Below are positions 20,431 to 31,649 of a stretch of 64,000 bases of DNA, piece by piece. The position numbers and the translations under genes are program-made. The notes beneath the pieces are model-generated. The model worked only from the letters and a program-made list of their open reading frames with translations. It was not told the origin of the DNA and did not search any database. How positions within the stretch are numbered: position 1 is the stretch's first letter; every line of letters begins with the position of its first letter. The stretch is from an uncultured Verrucomicrobiae bacterium (GTDB lineage: Bacteria > Verrucomicrobiota > Verrucomicrobiia > Limisphaerales > UBA11358). Where the stretch lies: contig CAVWKA010000003.1 of NCBI GenBank assembly GCA_963755515.1, positions 4,418-68,417 of the forward strand, given 5' to 3'.

Positions 20431-20668
20431 GGTTCGTTTCCCAATCGTCACGCTCTTTTACCCTTAAAGGGGGATTATCGGCGTTCAATGTTCTGTGCGA
20501 GAATGATTGAAAGTAAAGCAATTGTCATTCATGCAAAGAGCATTTTTGTCTCGCGCGGCGGACTGGTTTCCGCTGGTCCCTAGGGCCTGTAAAGCGATCC
20601 GCTGATTTTGTTTCGAACTGTTCATCCCCATAATACCCATACCCCATACCAACCTGACCCGCATCATT

Positions 20669-23600
20669 ATGAAAAAATCCGTCCTGCTGACTGCTGTCGC
20701 CTCTTTAATCTTTGGCGCGGCAATTATTGCAAACGCCCAAACGTATTCCAACGCCGTGATAAGTTTAAATCCGGTGGGATACTGGCCGTTGAACGAAACG
20801 ACTGCGCCGCCGCAACCGATAGACCTCGTGGCCCAAAACCTCGGGAGCTTGGGCGCGGCCGGGCAACGCCTATTACGGCGCGTGGTATCAGCCATCGGGA
20901 ACCACCTGGTACCTCACCAACAACATCGTCCAGGCGCCGGCGGTGACTTATACCAATGATGGCAGCATGGGCATGTTGTGCCAGGGCGCGCCGGGACAAT
21001 ACCTCATCGTTCCGCGCAACACCAACGGCGTCGCCAATTCAAGCATCGCCCTCAATCCCCCGTTCTCCATCGAGGCCTGGGTCAAAATTGGGGCAACCAA
21101 CAGCGCCCTGCGCGATATCGTCAGCCAGGGCGGTTCGGTGAACCTGAATATTGGCGGACCAAACACCAACAATCCCTATTACGGCGGCCTCGGCTCTGGA
21201 TGGGCCGGCGTCGAATTGGGGCAATATCAGGATTATATCTTTTTGCTGACGCAGTCCACCAACGCCGTTGGCAACAAGAACAGCGAACTGGACACTTCCA
21301 AATATAATACATACACGGGTTTTAAAACCGGTGAATGGGTCCATGTCGTGGCAACGTTCGACGGCTCGACGGAAACCATCTGGACCAACGGCGTCCAATG
21401 CGCATCGAAGACCAGTCCGGCCAACGCCATCGGCCAAAAGTATGTGCTGGATCCAACGACTCCGCTGATGATTGCCCGGCGGCAGCGATGTGACGGCAAG
21501 CTATGGCGTGGGCTTCCAGGGAACCATTGACGACGTCGCGATTTATACCAACGTCCTCTCGCAGACCAGCATTGACAACCATTACCAGGCCGCCTACGTC
21601 ACCAACAGCACTTTTCCCAGTTATACCAATGCGGTGCTGGCGGACGACCCGATCCTTTATTACCGTTTGAACGATCCGCAGGTGCAGACGAATGCCGGCT
21701 ATCCGAGCGGCAGTTTTCCTGTGGCCAATAACTATGGCAGCGCGGGCGCGGCCGGGGAGGGTGTTTATCAGCCTGGCACGACGCCGGGTGTGGCCGGCCC
21801 TTCTTACGCCGGCTTTGGCGCAAACAGCAAAGCCGTGGCATTCAACGGTTGGCTCGGCGGCGTGGATGTGGGCGGCGGCAATCTGCCGGCCAGCTTGAAC
21901 CCCACCAACACTTCACCGCTGACCGTCGTGACTTGGTTCCAGTCCGGTCCGGCTGATTCCCCGGGTCGGTTCCAGGAAATGTTGGGCCACGGAGATTCGT
22001 CGTATCGCATGTCGTTGGGACAGGTGGCGGGTGAAAATCATTTTAATCCCGGACCCGGCCCCGAACTGCAATTTACCACCGCAGCCTCCGTCGCGACCAA
22101 TGGTTTCGCTTTTAACGACGGCAACTGGCACATGGAGGCCGGCGTGTCCGATGGAACCAACGAGTATATGTACCTGGACGGCGCGCTGGCCCAGAGCAAT
22201 AACTCGCCCACGGGCATTAAGATTGCAGGCAACACCAATGACCTTCTCATCGGTGGTGACAGTGAATATACCTATGCCAGCTTTGGTTCGGCCAACACGG
22301 TCCGAACCTTCGATGGACAGGTCGCCCAGGTGGCCTTTTGGACCAACGCGCTGTCGGCGTCGCAAATTCAATCGCTGTTTAACGCAGCCGGAGTGCCGCC
22401 GTATATCTGGATGCAACCGGTTTCGCAAACCAACAATGCCGGGGTAAATATAACGATCGCTGCCGGGGTTCGGGGCAGTGCGCCGACCTTCCAATGGTAC
22501 CAAAACGGGGTGGGGCCTGTTTCGGGGCAGACCAGTATGGATACTCAGTTTCACTCCGGCAGTTTTAGGTGACGCAGGCAGCTATTACCTTGTGGCCAGG
22601 GATGCCGCCGGTTCGGTGACGAGTGCCGTCGTCAATCTGGTGCTTTACGGTCCGCCGGTCATCAACGAACAATCCAGCACGCAAATTGAGGTCTTCGCGG
22701 GAGCGAGTCCGGTTTTGAATGTGGAGGCTGGCGGCGCGCAACCGTTGTCCTATCAGTGGACTCTGAACAGCGACCCCATTGCCGGCGCGACCAATTCAAC
22801 CTATGCCGTTGCCAACGTCCAAACCAGCGGTACTTACGGCTGCACGGTGACCAATACTCTCGGCCAGACGCCAATTTCTTCGATTTCGCTCACGGTGCTT
22901 TCAGATCCGACGGCGCCGTATCCGCAGCAGGTTCTCGCCGATGGCCCGATGGACTATTACCGTCTGGATGAATCCAGCGGCACGACCGCATACGATTACG
23001 TCGGAGGCAACAATGCGACTTACACCAACGTCACGCTGGGCGTGCCGGGCTACAACTCGGAAGCCAGTGTCAAGAGCGACCCATCGGAGACAGCGGCTGA
23101 GTTTGGTGATTTTCCGCCGAACGACTACGCCGGGGATGTTCCCTCCTATGTCAATTTTGGCGCGCCCGCCGGCAGCAACGCCGAATTTTCGGTTGAAGCC
23201 TGGTTCACCGAATACCTCTATAGCAGTATCGGTGACGCCATCGTCGCTCTGGGTTACGGCAACGGCGGCGAGCAGTTCGTCCTGGACACCGGCGCGGGCA
23301 CCGCGGGTGACCTCCGGTTCGGGGTCCGCAATGCAGCCGGGACTTTCAGTTCGGCGAGCAGCAGCTATGCGCCGGCGGACGACGGATTGTGGCATCACGT
23401 GGTGGGCGTCTGCGACGAGGCGGGCGGCACCCTTTCTCTGTATATGGACGGAAAGCTGGTTGGGACAGGAACGATCACGGCCAAAAGCGGCTTGTTGGGC
23501 GCGACATCGCCGTTAAGCATCGGCGCCCGCCAGTCGGCGAACAATCACGGGACGAACTACGACGCGCAGTTTTATGGCGCCGTGGACGACGTTTCACTCT

Positions 23601-25428
23601 ATGATTACCCGCTGACCGCGGCACAGGTGGCCAACCACTTTTACGCCTCGGGCATCGCGCCAACCATCACGCAATTGCAGCCGGGGGACCAAATTGCGGC
23701 AAATCAAGGCGGAGGTGCGACCGTCACGGTGGGGGCGACGGGCACCACTCCGTTCACTTATCAGTGGTATGACAACAACAACAATCTGATTTCAGGCGCC
23801 ACCACTTCCAACCTGGATCTTTCCAACCTGCAGACAACCCAGGCCGGGAATTACACGGCGACGGTGGGCAACACCTATGGTTCGGCCAGCACCAACTTTT
23901 ATCTCTCGGTTGGCTCCGGGCCGCCGGTCATTTCGGTGGATTTGTCGCCGACGAACCTGACGGCATACGCCGGCACCATGGAGACCTACTCAATCCACGT
24001 GGGCGGCAGCGGGGCTGGGCTGGCCTACCAATGGTATCGTGACGGAGGGGCCATTGCCAGCGCAACAGCCTCATCCTATACGTTTGCGGTCCTTCAAGGC
24101 ACCAATACTTATTACTGCGCGGTTACCAACGATGACAGCGCGGGCGTGCCCACCGACAGCAGCACCGGCACGGTGATCGGGGTTGTCCAGCCGTCGCTGA
24201 ATCCGCTGTCCTTCGGGTCGAGGCTCAAGATTACTTTCAGCGGTTATGATCGCACTGAGACACTGCAGGATTTCCCCGCCCTGGTGAATCTGGGTCCGAC
24301 CAACCTGTCGGGATTCTCCTATTCGCAGTTCGCCTCGCCCACCGGCGCCGACCTCCGCTTTACGGACGCCACCGGATCGAACGAGATTCCATACGAAATT
24401 GATGAATGGAACCCGAGCGGGACTACGCCGGTTTGGGTGCAGGTTCCGGCCTTGTCCCAGACCAACAATTTCATCTGGGCCTACTGGGGCAATCCGGCCG
24501 ACACGACTCCGCCCGCTTACACGACCAACGGAGCAGTCTGGGTGCCGCCGGCCTTCCAGTCACTGCCTCCTTATCTCGTGGTGTATCATTTGGAACAGAG
24601 CGCGTTCCCTTATTTTGACAGCACGCTCAATTATCCGTCAACGAACGGCGTCGCGCCTTCCAGGCTCCAGGCATCGTGGGACAGGCTGCGTCGTTCGACG
24701 GCACCGGCCCTTATATTGACGCCGGTTCGGTGAATCTGGGCAACACCTTCACCTTGTCCGCTTGGGTGAATATCTCTACCTCCGAGCCATCCAATATCCA
24801 GGGGGTTTGGGTCAACGGCGTCGGCGGTTACGATTCCGACGAGATAGCGCTGTTTGTAAACGAATACGAAACCGCAGACGGTGCGCTCCTTTTGGGGACG
24901 GGTGACGGCACCGTCGGTCAACAACCGCAGACGGGGACTGGCCTCGTCACGGCTGGCCAGTGGCATTTGGTGACGGCTGCGGTAAATCGGACTGCTAGCG
25001 GCACTCAAGGCACCACTGAATTGTATGTGGACGGAACGCTCCAAGGGTCCGGCGCTACCGTTAATGACTTCCCGACCAACAATGACATGAACCTCGGCCG
25101 CTTCATCGGCGGCCCCTACGATATGGATGGCCTCATTGATGAAGCGCGCATCCATTCGGGAGTGGATGACGCAAACTGGACATGGGCGAGCTACATGACG
25201 GTGGCTCAAAACTCGTTGTTTGAAACCTATTCGGCCGTGGGTTCCTCGGCCGTTACATTGACCATTCAGCGGTCAGGCAACCGGGTCATCCTGGCCTGGC
25301 CGCAGGGCACCTTGCAATCGGCCACGCAGGTAACCGGCCCTTATAACAACGTGCCTGACGCGACGTCGCCTTACACCAATGCGGTGTCCGGGACGCAACA
25401 ACAATTCTATCGCGTCCAGGTCCAGTAA
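20669..25428 (+). pseudogene. Giant secreted LamG/ConA-like lectin-fold protein with Ig-like domains, a DUF2341 domain and a C-terminal FYRV module (~1585 codons). Four frame breaks (~20860, ~21474, ~22535, ~24665).
   Basis: Built from ORFs 20669..20959 (signal peptide MKKSVLLTAVASLIFGAAIIANA), 20943..21530, 21472..22572, 22478..24733 and 24676..25428. Laminin_G_3-type stretches (FSIEAWVK.., FSVEAWF.., FTLSAWVN.., DDVAIY/DDVSLY/DEARIH). Ig-like repeats (..AGSYYLVARDAAGSVTS..). DUF2341 part (LKITFSGYDRTETLQDFPALV..RFTDATGSNEIPYEIDEWN..IWAYWGNP). Confidence 0.8.
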
Positions 25429-25445
25429 ACATCGTGATCACAGTG

Positions 25446-25477
25446 TTGGCGGGGATGCGACGCAGCGTCCCCGCCAA
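25446..25477 (+). other. Intergenic hairpin (10-bp perfect stem, 12-nt loop) between the LamG gene and the GH27 gene
   Basis: ttggcgggga-tgcgacgcagcg-tccccgccaa seen directly. No T-run follows, so it is not a classical terminator. Confidence 0.5.
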
Positions 25478-25484
25478 CCAGGCA

Positions 25485-27824
25485 AAAATGCAAAATAACG
25501 CCAGCAATCTTAAAATGAGCACCCAATGTCGGCCGGTCATGGTCGCATCGGTGATCGTGATGTTCATTTCACTCCGCAGCGCCCGGGGTTTGACGAATGG
25601 GCTGGCCCTGACTCCGCCGATGGGCTGGAACAGTTACAACCATTTCGCCTGCAACATTGATGAAAATATCATCGAGAGCGAGGCGGATGCCATGTGTACC
25701 AACGGCATGGAGGCTGCGGGTTATAGCTTTATCAACATTGACGACTGTTGGCAGACCAACCGTGACGCCAATGGTGTCCTTGTGGCGGACCCTGCCAAAT
25801 TCCCTCACGGCATCAAGGCGCTTGCCGATTATGTCCATTCCAAAGGTCTCAAGCTCGGCATTTATTCAGACCACGGAACTGTTACCTGCCAGGGCAAACC
25901 AGGCAGCTACGGCTACGAATACGTGGACGCGCTGACTTTCGCCTTGTGGGGCGTGGACTATTTGAAATACGACAACTGCAATCTGCCTCCCGGCGACAGC
26001 ACAAACGCCGATGACGCCAAAATGGCGGCCGCTTTGGGCCAAACCGGACGGCCAATCGTCTTCAGCCTTTGTGACTGGTCGTATGCTTCCTGGATGCCGG
26101 ATGACGGCAATTTATGGCGGACGACCTCTGACATTCAGGACACGTTTTCCAGTTTTGTCGCCAATCTGGGGGCGGACAGCCCAATGGCATTTGTGGCCGG
26201 CCCGGAACGGTGGAATGACCCGGACATGCTGGAAGTTGGCAATGGCGGGATGACGGCCACGCAGGATCAATCAGAGTTCAGCCTTTGGTGCATCGTCGGC
26301 GCGCCATTGATTGCCGGAAACGATCTGACCACGATGTCCGCGCAAACACTTGCCATATTAACCAATTCGGAAGTCATCGCGGTGGACCAGGACCCGGTGG
26401 GCGAGCAGGGGATTCAGGTGGCCGGTTCTTCTTTAAGGCAGGTTTGGTGCAAACCCCTGGGAACCAATTTCAACACCAAAGCAGTCGCCTTGTTCAATCT
26501 GACCAGCAGCGCAACCAGTATCAGCGTAAATTGGACCAACCTTGGATTGCAAGCCGGGCCGGCGACGGTGCGAGACTTGTGGGCGCACGCGGATTTGGGG
26601 ACATTCACGAATAGTTTCACCACCAACGTGCCTGGGGACGGAGCCGTAATGCTGAAGGTTGTCGGTACGGCCCCGGTGTTTCCCATCCCGGGCACCAACT
26701 ATCTGACAGAACTCCAGCCGGCTTATGCCTATACCGGTTCGGGAACGATTACCGCCAACAAAAGCATCGGCGGAAATGCCATCACGCTTAATGGCGTCAC
26801 CTACACAAACGGCATAGGCGTCAACTCCTATTCCGGTCTGGAATATTGCCTCGGCGGAATGGCCGCGCGTTTCCAGGCGGACATCGGGGTGGACGACGAG
26901 GTGGGCAGCAGTGGTTCCGTGGTGTTTCAGGTATTCGCCGATGGCCTCAAGATTTATGACAGTGGCGTTATGAAGGGCGGCGCGCCGCACCAGACCATCA
27001 ACGTGGACGTTACCGGCGTGAACCGGTTGACGCTTGGCGTGAACGACGCCGATGACGGAACCACCGATGACCACGCTGACTGGGCCGGACCGATGGTCAT
27101 CGTTTCAAATGCGGCGCCGGTGGCGCCTCTGCCGCCGGTTGGCCTGGCCGCCGCCGGGGGACAGCCGATTGCGCTGACGTGGCAAGCCACGCCGGGGGCC
27201 GCGGCTTACAATGTTTATCGTTCCACCTCCGGCAACGGCGCATTCACGAACATTGCCAACACGGTTTTACCAGATTACATGGACAGCAACGTGGTTGCCG
27301 GCACGACCTGCGATTATGCGGTTTCCAGCGTCGGAATTGGCGGAGAAAGCCCGGCTTCAACCGTCGCCAGCGCCACAGCCTGTCTGCCGCCGGCTGTGCC
27401 AACGGGTTTGACAGTAACCATTAGTGGCGCGCAAGCCATCCTCATTTGGAATCCCGTTCCGGGCGCCGCCACTTACACTGTTTTGCGAGCCACCAAGTCC
27501 ACGGCTTATACTCCCATCGCCACCGGCCTCGAGACTACGGCTTATACGGATACGAATCGGGCAACGGGCGCGATTTATTACTACGCCGTGGCCGCCGGCA
27601 ATGGTTGCAGCCAGAGTGCTTTTTCCCCCTTTGCGTTCGGCTCAACGAACGTCACCCTCGGCATCCGGTATTCCGGCAACAGCGTCATCCTGGCCTGGCC
27701 GCTGGGAACCTTGCAATCTGCCAGCCAACCGGGCGGCCCGTATAGTGATCTGACCGGCGCGACTATGTTTTACACGAATCCGCCATCCGGAGCCGAACAA
27801 TTTTACCGTGTCCGGGTTCAATAA
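25485..27824 (+). CDS. GH27 alpha-galactosidase (or alpha-N-acetylgalactosaminidase) with NPCBM-like domain, two Fn3-like domains and a C-terminal FYRV module
   Basis: Melibiase core [55 protein letters not shown]-like part [35 protein letters not shown]. Start 25485 or 25512 (signal peptide [18 protein letters not shown]); the ORF-track start 25434 would include the hairpin. Confidence 0.85.
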   Translation, partial: KMQNNASNLKMSTQCRPVMVASVIVMFISLRSARGLTNGLALTPPMGWNSYNHFACNIDENIIESEADAMCTNGMEAAGYSFINIDDCWQTNRDANGVLVADPAKFPHGIKALADYVHSKGLKLGIYSDHGTVTCQGKPGSYGYEYVDALTFALWGVDYLKYDNCNLPPGDSTNADDAKMAAALGQTGRPIVFSLCDWSYASWMPDDGNLWRTTSDIQDTFSSFVANLGADSPMAFVAGPERWNDPDMLEVGNGGMTATQDQSEFSLWCIVGAPLIAGNDLTTMSAQTLAILTNSEVIAVDQDPVGEQGIQVAGSSLRQVWCKPLGTNFNTKAVALFNLTSSATSISVNWTNLGLQAGPATVRDLWAHADLGTFTNSFTTNVPGDGAVMLKVVGTAPVFPIPGTNYLTELQPAYAYTGSGTITANKSIGGNAITLNGVTYTNGIGVNSYSGLEYCLGGMAARFQADIGVDDEVGSSGSVVFQVFADGLKIYDSGVMKGGAPHQTINVDVTGVNRLTLGVNDADDGTTDDHADWAGPMVIVSNAAPVAPLPPVGLAAAGGQPIALTWQATPGAAAYNVYRSTSGNGAFTNIANTVLPDYMDSNVVAGTTCDYAVSSVGIGGESPASTVASATACLPPAVPTGLTVTISGAQAILIWNPVPGAATYTVLRATKSTAYTPIATGLETTAYTDTNRATGAIYYYAVAAGNGCSQSAFSPFAFGSTNVTLGIRYSGNSVILAWPLGTLQSASQPGGPYSDLTGATMFYTNPPSGAEQFYRVRVQ

Positions 27825-27876
27825 AATAAAAAATAAAAAATCCGGCGAAATTAACGTTCCACCGGTCAAAGATAGA

Positions 27877-28776
27877 ATGAAAAGCAAAATCAGAAGAATT
27901 GAAGAGAATGTCCGTCACGCCCGGAATGGCGGGAACGGAAAGGCTGCATATTCAGGGTTCACGTTAATCGAGTTGCTGGTGGTGATCTCCATCATCGCGA
28001 TTCTGGCGGCGATGTTGTTGCCGGCGCTGGCAGCGGCGAAACGCCGGGCACAGTCAATTCAGTGCATGAGCAATACCAAACAACTGGCGACGGCCTGGAT
28101 CATGTATGCCGGGGACAATAACGGCAATTTGGTCATCAATCATGCCGGCCAAAGCGCCAGTGATACGACTCCAAGCTGGGTGACCGGGTGGCTGGATTAC
28201 AGCGGCAATCCCGCGGACACAAACATTCAATTCCTGATTAGTCCCCAGTATTGCATGTTAGCCATCTACCTGAGGGACCCGGCCGTCTATAAGTGTCCGG
28301 CGGACATGAGCTGCCAATATGGTTTGAAGGGCCTTCCCCGGGTGCGCACTTATTCGATGAACGCGGCCCTTGGGCCGGATGCAATATCCATCCAGAACAG
28401 TTGGTTGCCGGTGACGGCCTATAAGGTTTATCTCAAAGAAAATGAAATGACAGTTCCCGACCCGTCAGACATGTGGGTATTTCTGGATGAAGACGTGGAC
28501 AGCATCAACGACGGCTCCTTTGCCGTCAAAATGCCTGCAACGGCCAAGGCTACGGAATGGGTTGACATGCCGGGAAAGGCCCATGGGAATTCCTGCGGCT
28601 TCTCTTTTGCGGATGGCCATTCGGAGATTCATAAATGGCTTGAACCCGGAAATATCGAAGCTCCCAATTACAGCACTTTGATCAAAACCGGCATCTTTGA
28701 ATTGGGCGACCCGGACATTCTTTGGATGGCCAAACACACCTCGACGTTTTCCGATGGCGAAGGGCTTCCTTATTAG
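27877..28776 (+). CDS. Prepilin-type N-terminal cleavage/methylation protein with H-X9-DG motif (DUF1559-type pseudopilin-like protein)
   Basis: [45 protein letters not shown], with [13 protein letters not shown] (H-X9-DG) near the C-terminus. Start at ATG 27877 (MKSKIRR). Confidence 0.85.
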   Translation: MKSKIRRIEENVRHARNGGNGKAAYSGFTLIELLVVISIIAILAAMLLPALAAAKRRAQSIQCMSNTKQLATAWIMYAGDNNGNLVINHAGQSASDTTPSWVTGWLDYSGNPADTNIQFLISPQYCMLAIYLRDPAVYKCPADMSCQYGLKGLPRVRTYSMNAALGPDAISIQNSWLPVTAYKVYLKENEMTVPDPSDMWVFLDEDVDSINDGSFAVKMPATAKATEWVDMPGKAHGNSCGFSFADGHSEIHKWLEPGNIEAPNYSTLIKTGIFELGDPDILWMAKHTSTFSDGEGLPY

Positions 28777-28814
28777 TTGAAAACCAATCGTATTTCCGAG
28801 GGCAAAGGACGCTG

Positions 28815-31649
28815 ATGTTGCAAAAATCTGACGGACGTTATTATTTCATGATGGCTTTGCGCCGATTCAGGTCTGGCCAATTAAAGACCATTGCCGGAAT
28901 GGCGCTCATCTTGTGGGCGGCGATTTCCATTTCAAGCGCCGCCAATCTGGACGACTCGCAGGTGGACAGTTACAATCTCCGCATCGGCACGGAGACGTTT
29001 GCGGGCACGTATCAATTTACCACCAACACCCTGCTGGTTGAAACCGCCCAGGCCATCACCAATATGGGCAGCGACACCATCAAACTTTACATGGGCACGG
29101 ACACTTCCTACCAAAGCGGGGTCACGCTCACTTCCAATATCACGAATTTGTTGACGCTCGCGCGCGATGAGCCGAGCTATCATCAGGTCCTCGACATGCC
29201 CTTCCGGCATTTTATCATGTGGGAATATCCGTTTGCAAATTCGGACAGTTGGTGGGCCAACGGCTACAATGCGACGAAGGGCGCCGCGGACTACCAGGAA
29301 ATGTATGCTCTGACCAAATACCTTCTCACCAACTACAACAATTCCGGAAAAACGTTTTATCTCGGGCATTGGGAAGGCGACGGCTATCTCGACGTGGATG
29401 GCTGGTCAACGAATCCCCCGGCCATTACGATTCAGGGGATGATTGGCTGGCTCAACAACCGCCAGAAGGCCGTGGACGACGCCAAAGCGGCCACCGTATA
29501 TACCAATGTCTATGTATATAACTATGCGGAGTGCAATCGAGTCCAGGATGCCATGAAAAATGGCACCAACAATAACGAGCGTGTCATCAATTGCGTTGTT
29601 CCCTATGTTACCAACCTGGATTATTTGTCCTACTCCTCCTATGACTCGCAGAATCTAAGCGCGTCGGCCCTCTACAACACCCTGAATTATATGCAATCCA
29701 TGCTGCCGACCAACAAGGCGTCGGTGGTACCGGGCGAGCGCATGTGGATCGGCGAATATGGTTGGGGTACGGAATCCACCGCCGCGCAGGAGCCGCTGAT
29801 CCGGTCCTATATTCAGCGGTTGTTGGGCTGGAATTACAACGGCCAGTGCCTTCCGTTTATTCTCTACTGGGAAATGTATAGCAACTATAATCCCGGCGGG
29901 GGCACCAACTATTGCCTGATCAACTATTTGGACCAGGAAGCACCGGCATGGTATCTCCACAATTATTTTTACAACGATGCCCGGCTGGCGGTTGCGCAAT
30001 TCAGGGAGACGGACGGGCGGCTGCCTACCGACACGGAGTTCACGTCGCTGATGTCGCCGTTGTTGAACCAACCGTTGTCCGCGCCGGTGGCCCTCACGGT
30101 GGCGAACGCCGGCGCCGTCCTCGTCACCAATACCGTTGCCACCCTTTCGGGGACGCTTACCCAGGGGATTTACGGTGAAAGTGAAGCAGGAGTTTGGGTC
30201 TATTATGGATTGCAGGACGGCGGGACAACGGTCGGCAATTGGCAGGCTGGACGTTATGTGGGCATGAACACCAATTTCAATCCCCACACCTTCTCTGTCA
30301 CGCTCAACAACCTCGTGGGCGGCACCAATTATTTCTATCGCTTCTATGCCGCCAACTCCACGACCAATGCATGGGCGCCGGCATCATCGCAATTCAGCAC
30401 GACGACGATCGCCCCTTCGGGCTACGGTTCGAAGATGAAGATTTTTTTTTCGGGATACAACCGCAACGAGACCCTGACGGATTTTCCGATGCTGGTGGAA
30501 TTGAGCGCCAATCTGCCCGGCTTTTCCTACCGGCAATTTGCATCGCCCTCCGGCGGCGATTTGCGTTTCACCGACTCGAGCGGATTGTTGCCGATTCCGT
30601 ATGAGATTGATGAGTGGAACACCAACGGCGTTTCCAGCGTTTGGGTCAACGTGCCGTCACTCTCCCCCACGAACGATTTTGTCTGGGCCTATTGGGGCAA
30701 CCCGGCGGCGACCAACCCTCCGGATTACACGACCAACGGCGCGGCCTGGCCGGGTTTCGATTTGGTTTGGCACTTGAGAGAGACCGGGTTTCCGTATGCT
30801 GATAGCGCGCTCCAATGGCCGGCGCTGTCCGGCGTCGCCCCGGTACGCACCACCGGAATTGTCGGTTACGGTCAAGCCTTTAACGGGTCCTCGGATTATT
30901 TGAATGCCGGGAGCGTCAACACGCTGGGCAACGCCTTCACCCTGTCGGCGTGGGTGAACGTCTCGCCCGCGAACAGCAACATTCAGGTCGTATGGGCCAA
31001 TCAACAGGGCGGCTATGGTTCGCCCGGTTTTGCCCTGTTTGTTAATTCTTACAACACGACCAATGGCGCCCTTTTATTGGACACCGGCGATGGTGTCAAT
31101 GGCTCGGAATTATCCACCGCGGCCGGGGCCGTGAGCTTCGGCCAATGGCATTTGATTTCCGCGGCGATTAATCGCGCGGATAGCGCCCTGTCCCTCTATG
31201 TGGATGGCGCGTCTGTGCCGATTGTCAGTGGCGATCCAGTGGTATCTGACTTCGCCAACACCTCCGATTTGAATTTCGGCCGCTTCACCAACAATTATGA
31301 CTATTTTACCGGCACGATGGAGGAGGCGCGCATCCAGTCGGGCATTGAAGATTCAAATTGGGTTTGGGCAAGCTGGGAGACGGTCGTCTCCAACTCCGAT
31401 TTCGAAAATTACGCCGCGGCGACGCAACAATCGCCGGTGCTGGCCATTGGCATGGGCGGCGGCAATGCCATGACTTTCAACTGGCCGGGCAGCGGCGTCG
31501 GTTTTTCCCTTTACACGGCAACCAACCTGACACCGCCCGTCGCCTGGACGCCCGCCAACAGCCAGCCGACGCTCGTCAGCAATCAATGGCAGGTGACGCT
31601 GCCGACGGACAACAGCAGCTCCCGATATTATCGCCTCGAATCGCAATGA
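28815..31649 (+). CDS. Secreted multidomain protein: uncharacterised TIM-barrel-like putative glycoside hydrolase domain, Fn3-like domain, DUF2341, LamG and a C-terminal YYRL module
   Basis: Signal/anchor IAGMALILWAAISISSAA. The N-terminal ~400 aa carry candidate catalytic motifs FYLGHWEGDG and MWIGEYGWG. The DUF2341/LamG cassette is paralogous to the one in the LamG giant (MKIFFSGYNRNETLTDFPMLV..RFTDSSGLLPIPYEIDEWN..VWAYWGNP; FTLSAWVNVS..MEEARIQ). Start 28815 or 28848. Confidence 0.6.
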   Translation: MLQKSDGRYYFMMALRRFRSGQLKTIAGMALILWAAISISSAANLDDSQVDSYNLRIGTETFAGTYQFTTNTLLVETAQAITNMGSDTIKLYMGTDTSYQSGVTLTSNITNLLTLARDEPSYHQVLDMPFRHFIMWEYPFANSDSWWANGYNATKGAADYQEMYALTKYLLTNYNNSGKTFYLGHWEGDGYLDVDGWSTNPPAITIQGMIGWLNNRQKAVDDAKAATVYTNVYVYNYAECNRVQDAMKNGTNNNERVINCVVPYVTNLDYLSYSSYDSQNLSASALYNTLNYMQSMLPTNKASVVPGERMWIGEYGWGTESTAAQEPLIRSYIQRLLGWNYNGQCLPFILYWEMYSNYNPGGGTNYCLINYLDQEAPAWYLHNYFYNDARLAVAQFRETDGRLPTDTEFTSLMSPLLNQPLSAPVALTVANAGAVLVTNTVATLSGTLTQGIYGESEAGVWVYYGLQDGGTTVGNWQAGRYVGMNTNFNPHTFSVTLNNLVGGTNYFYRFYAANSTTNAWAPASSQFSTTTIAPSGYGSKMKIFFSGYNRNETLTDFPMLVELSANLPGFSYRQFASPSGGDLRFTDSSGLLPIPYEIDEWNTNGVSSVWVNVPSLSPTNDFVWAYWGNPAATNPPDYTTNGAAWPGFDLVWHLRETGFPYADSALQWPALSGVAPVRTTGIVGYGQAFNGSSDYLNAGSVNTLGNAFTLSAWVNVSPANSNIQVVWANQQGGYGSPGFALFVNSYNTTNGALLLDTGDGVNGSELSTAAGAVSFGQWHLISAAINRADSALSLYVDGASVPIVSGDPVVSDFANTSDLNFGRFTNNYDYFTGTMEEARIQSGIEDSNWVWASWETVVSNSDFENYAAATQQSPVLAIGMGGGNAMTFNWPGSGVGFSLYTATNLTPPVAWTPANSQPTLVSNQWQVTLPTDNSSSRYYRLESQ

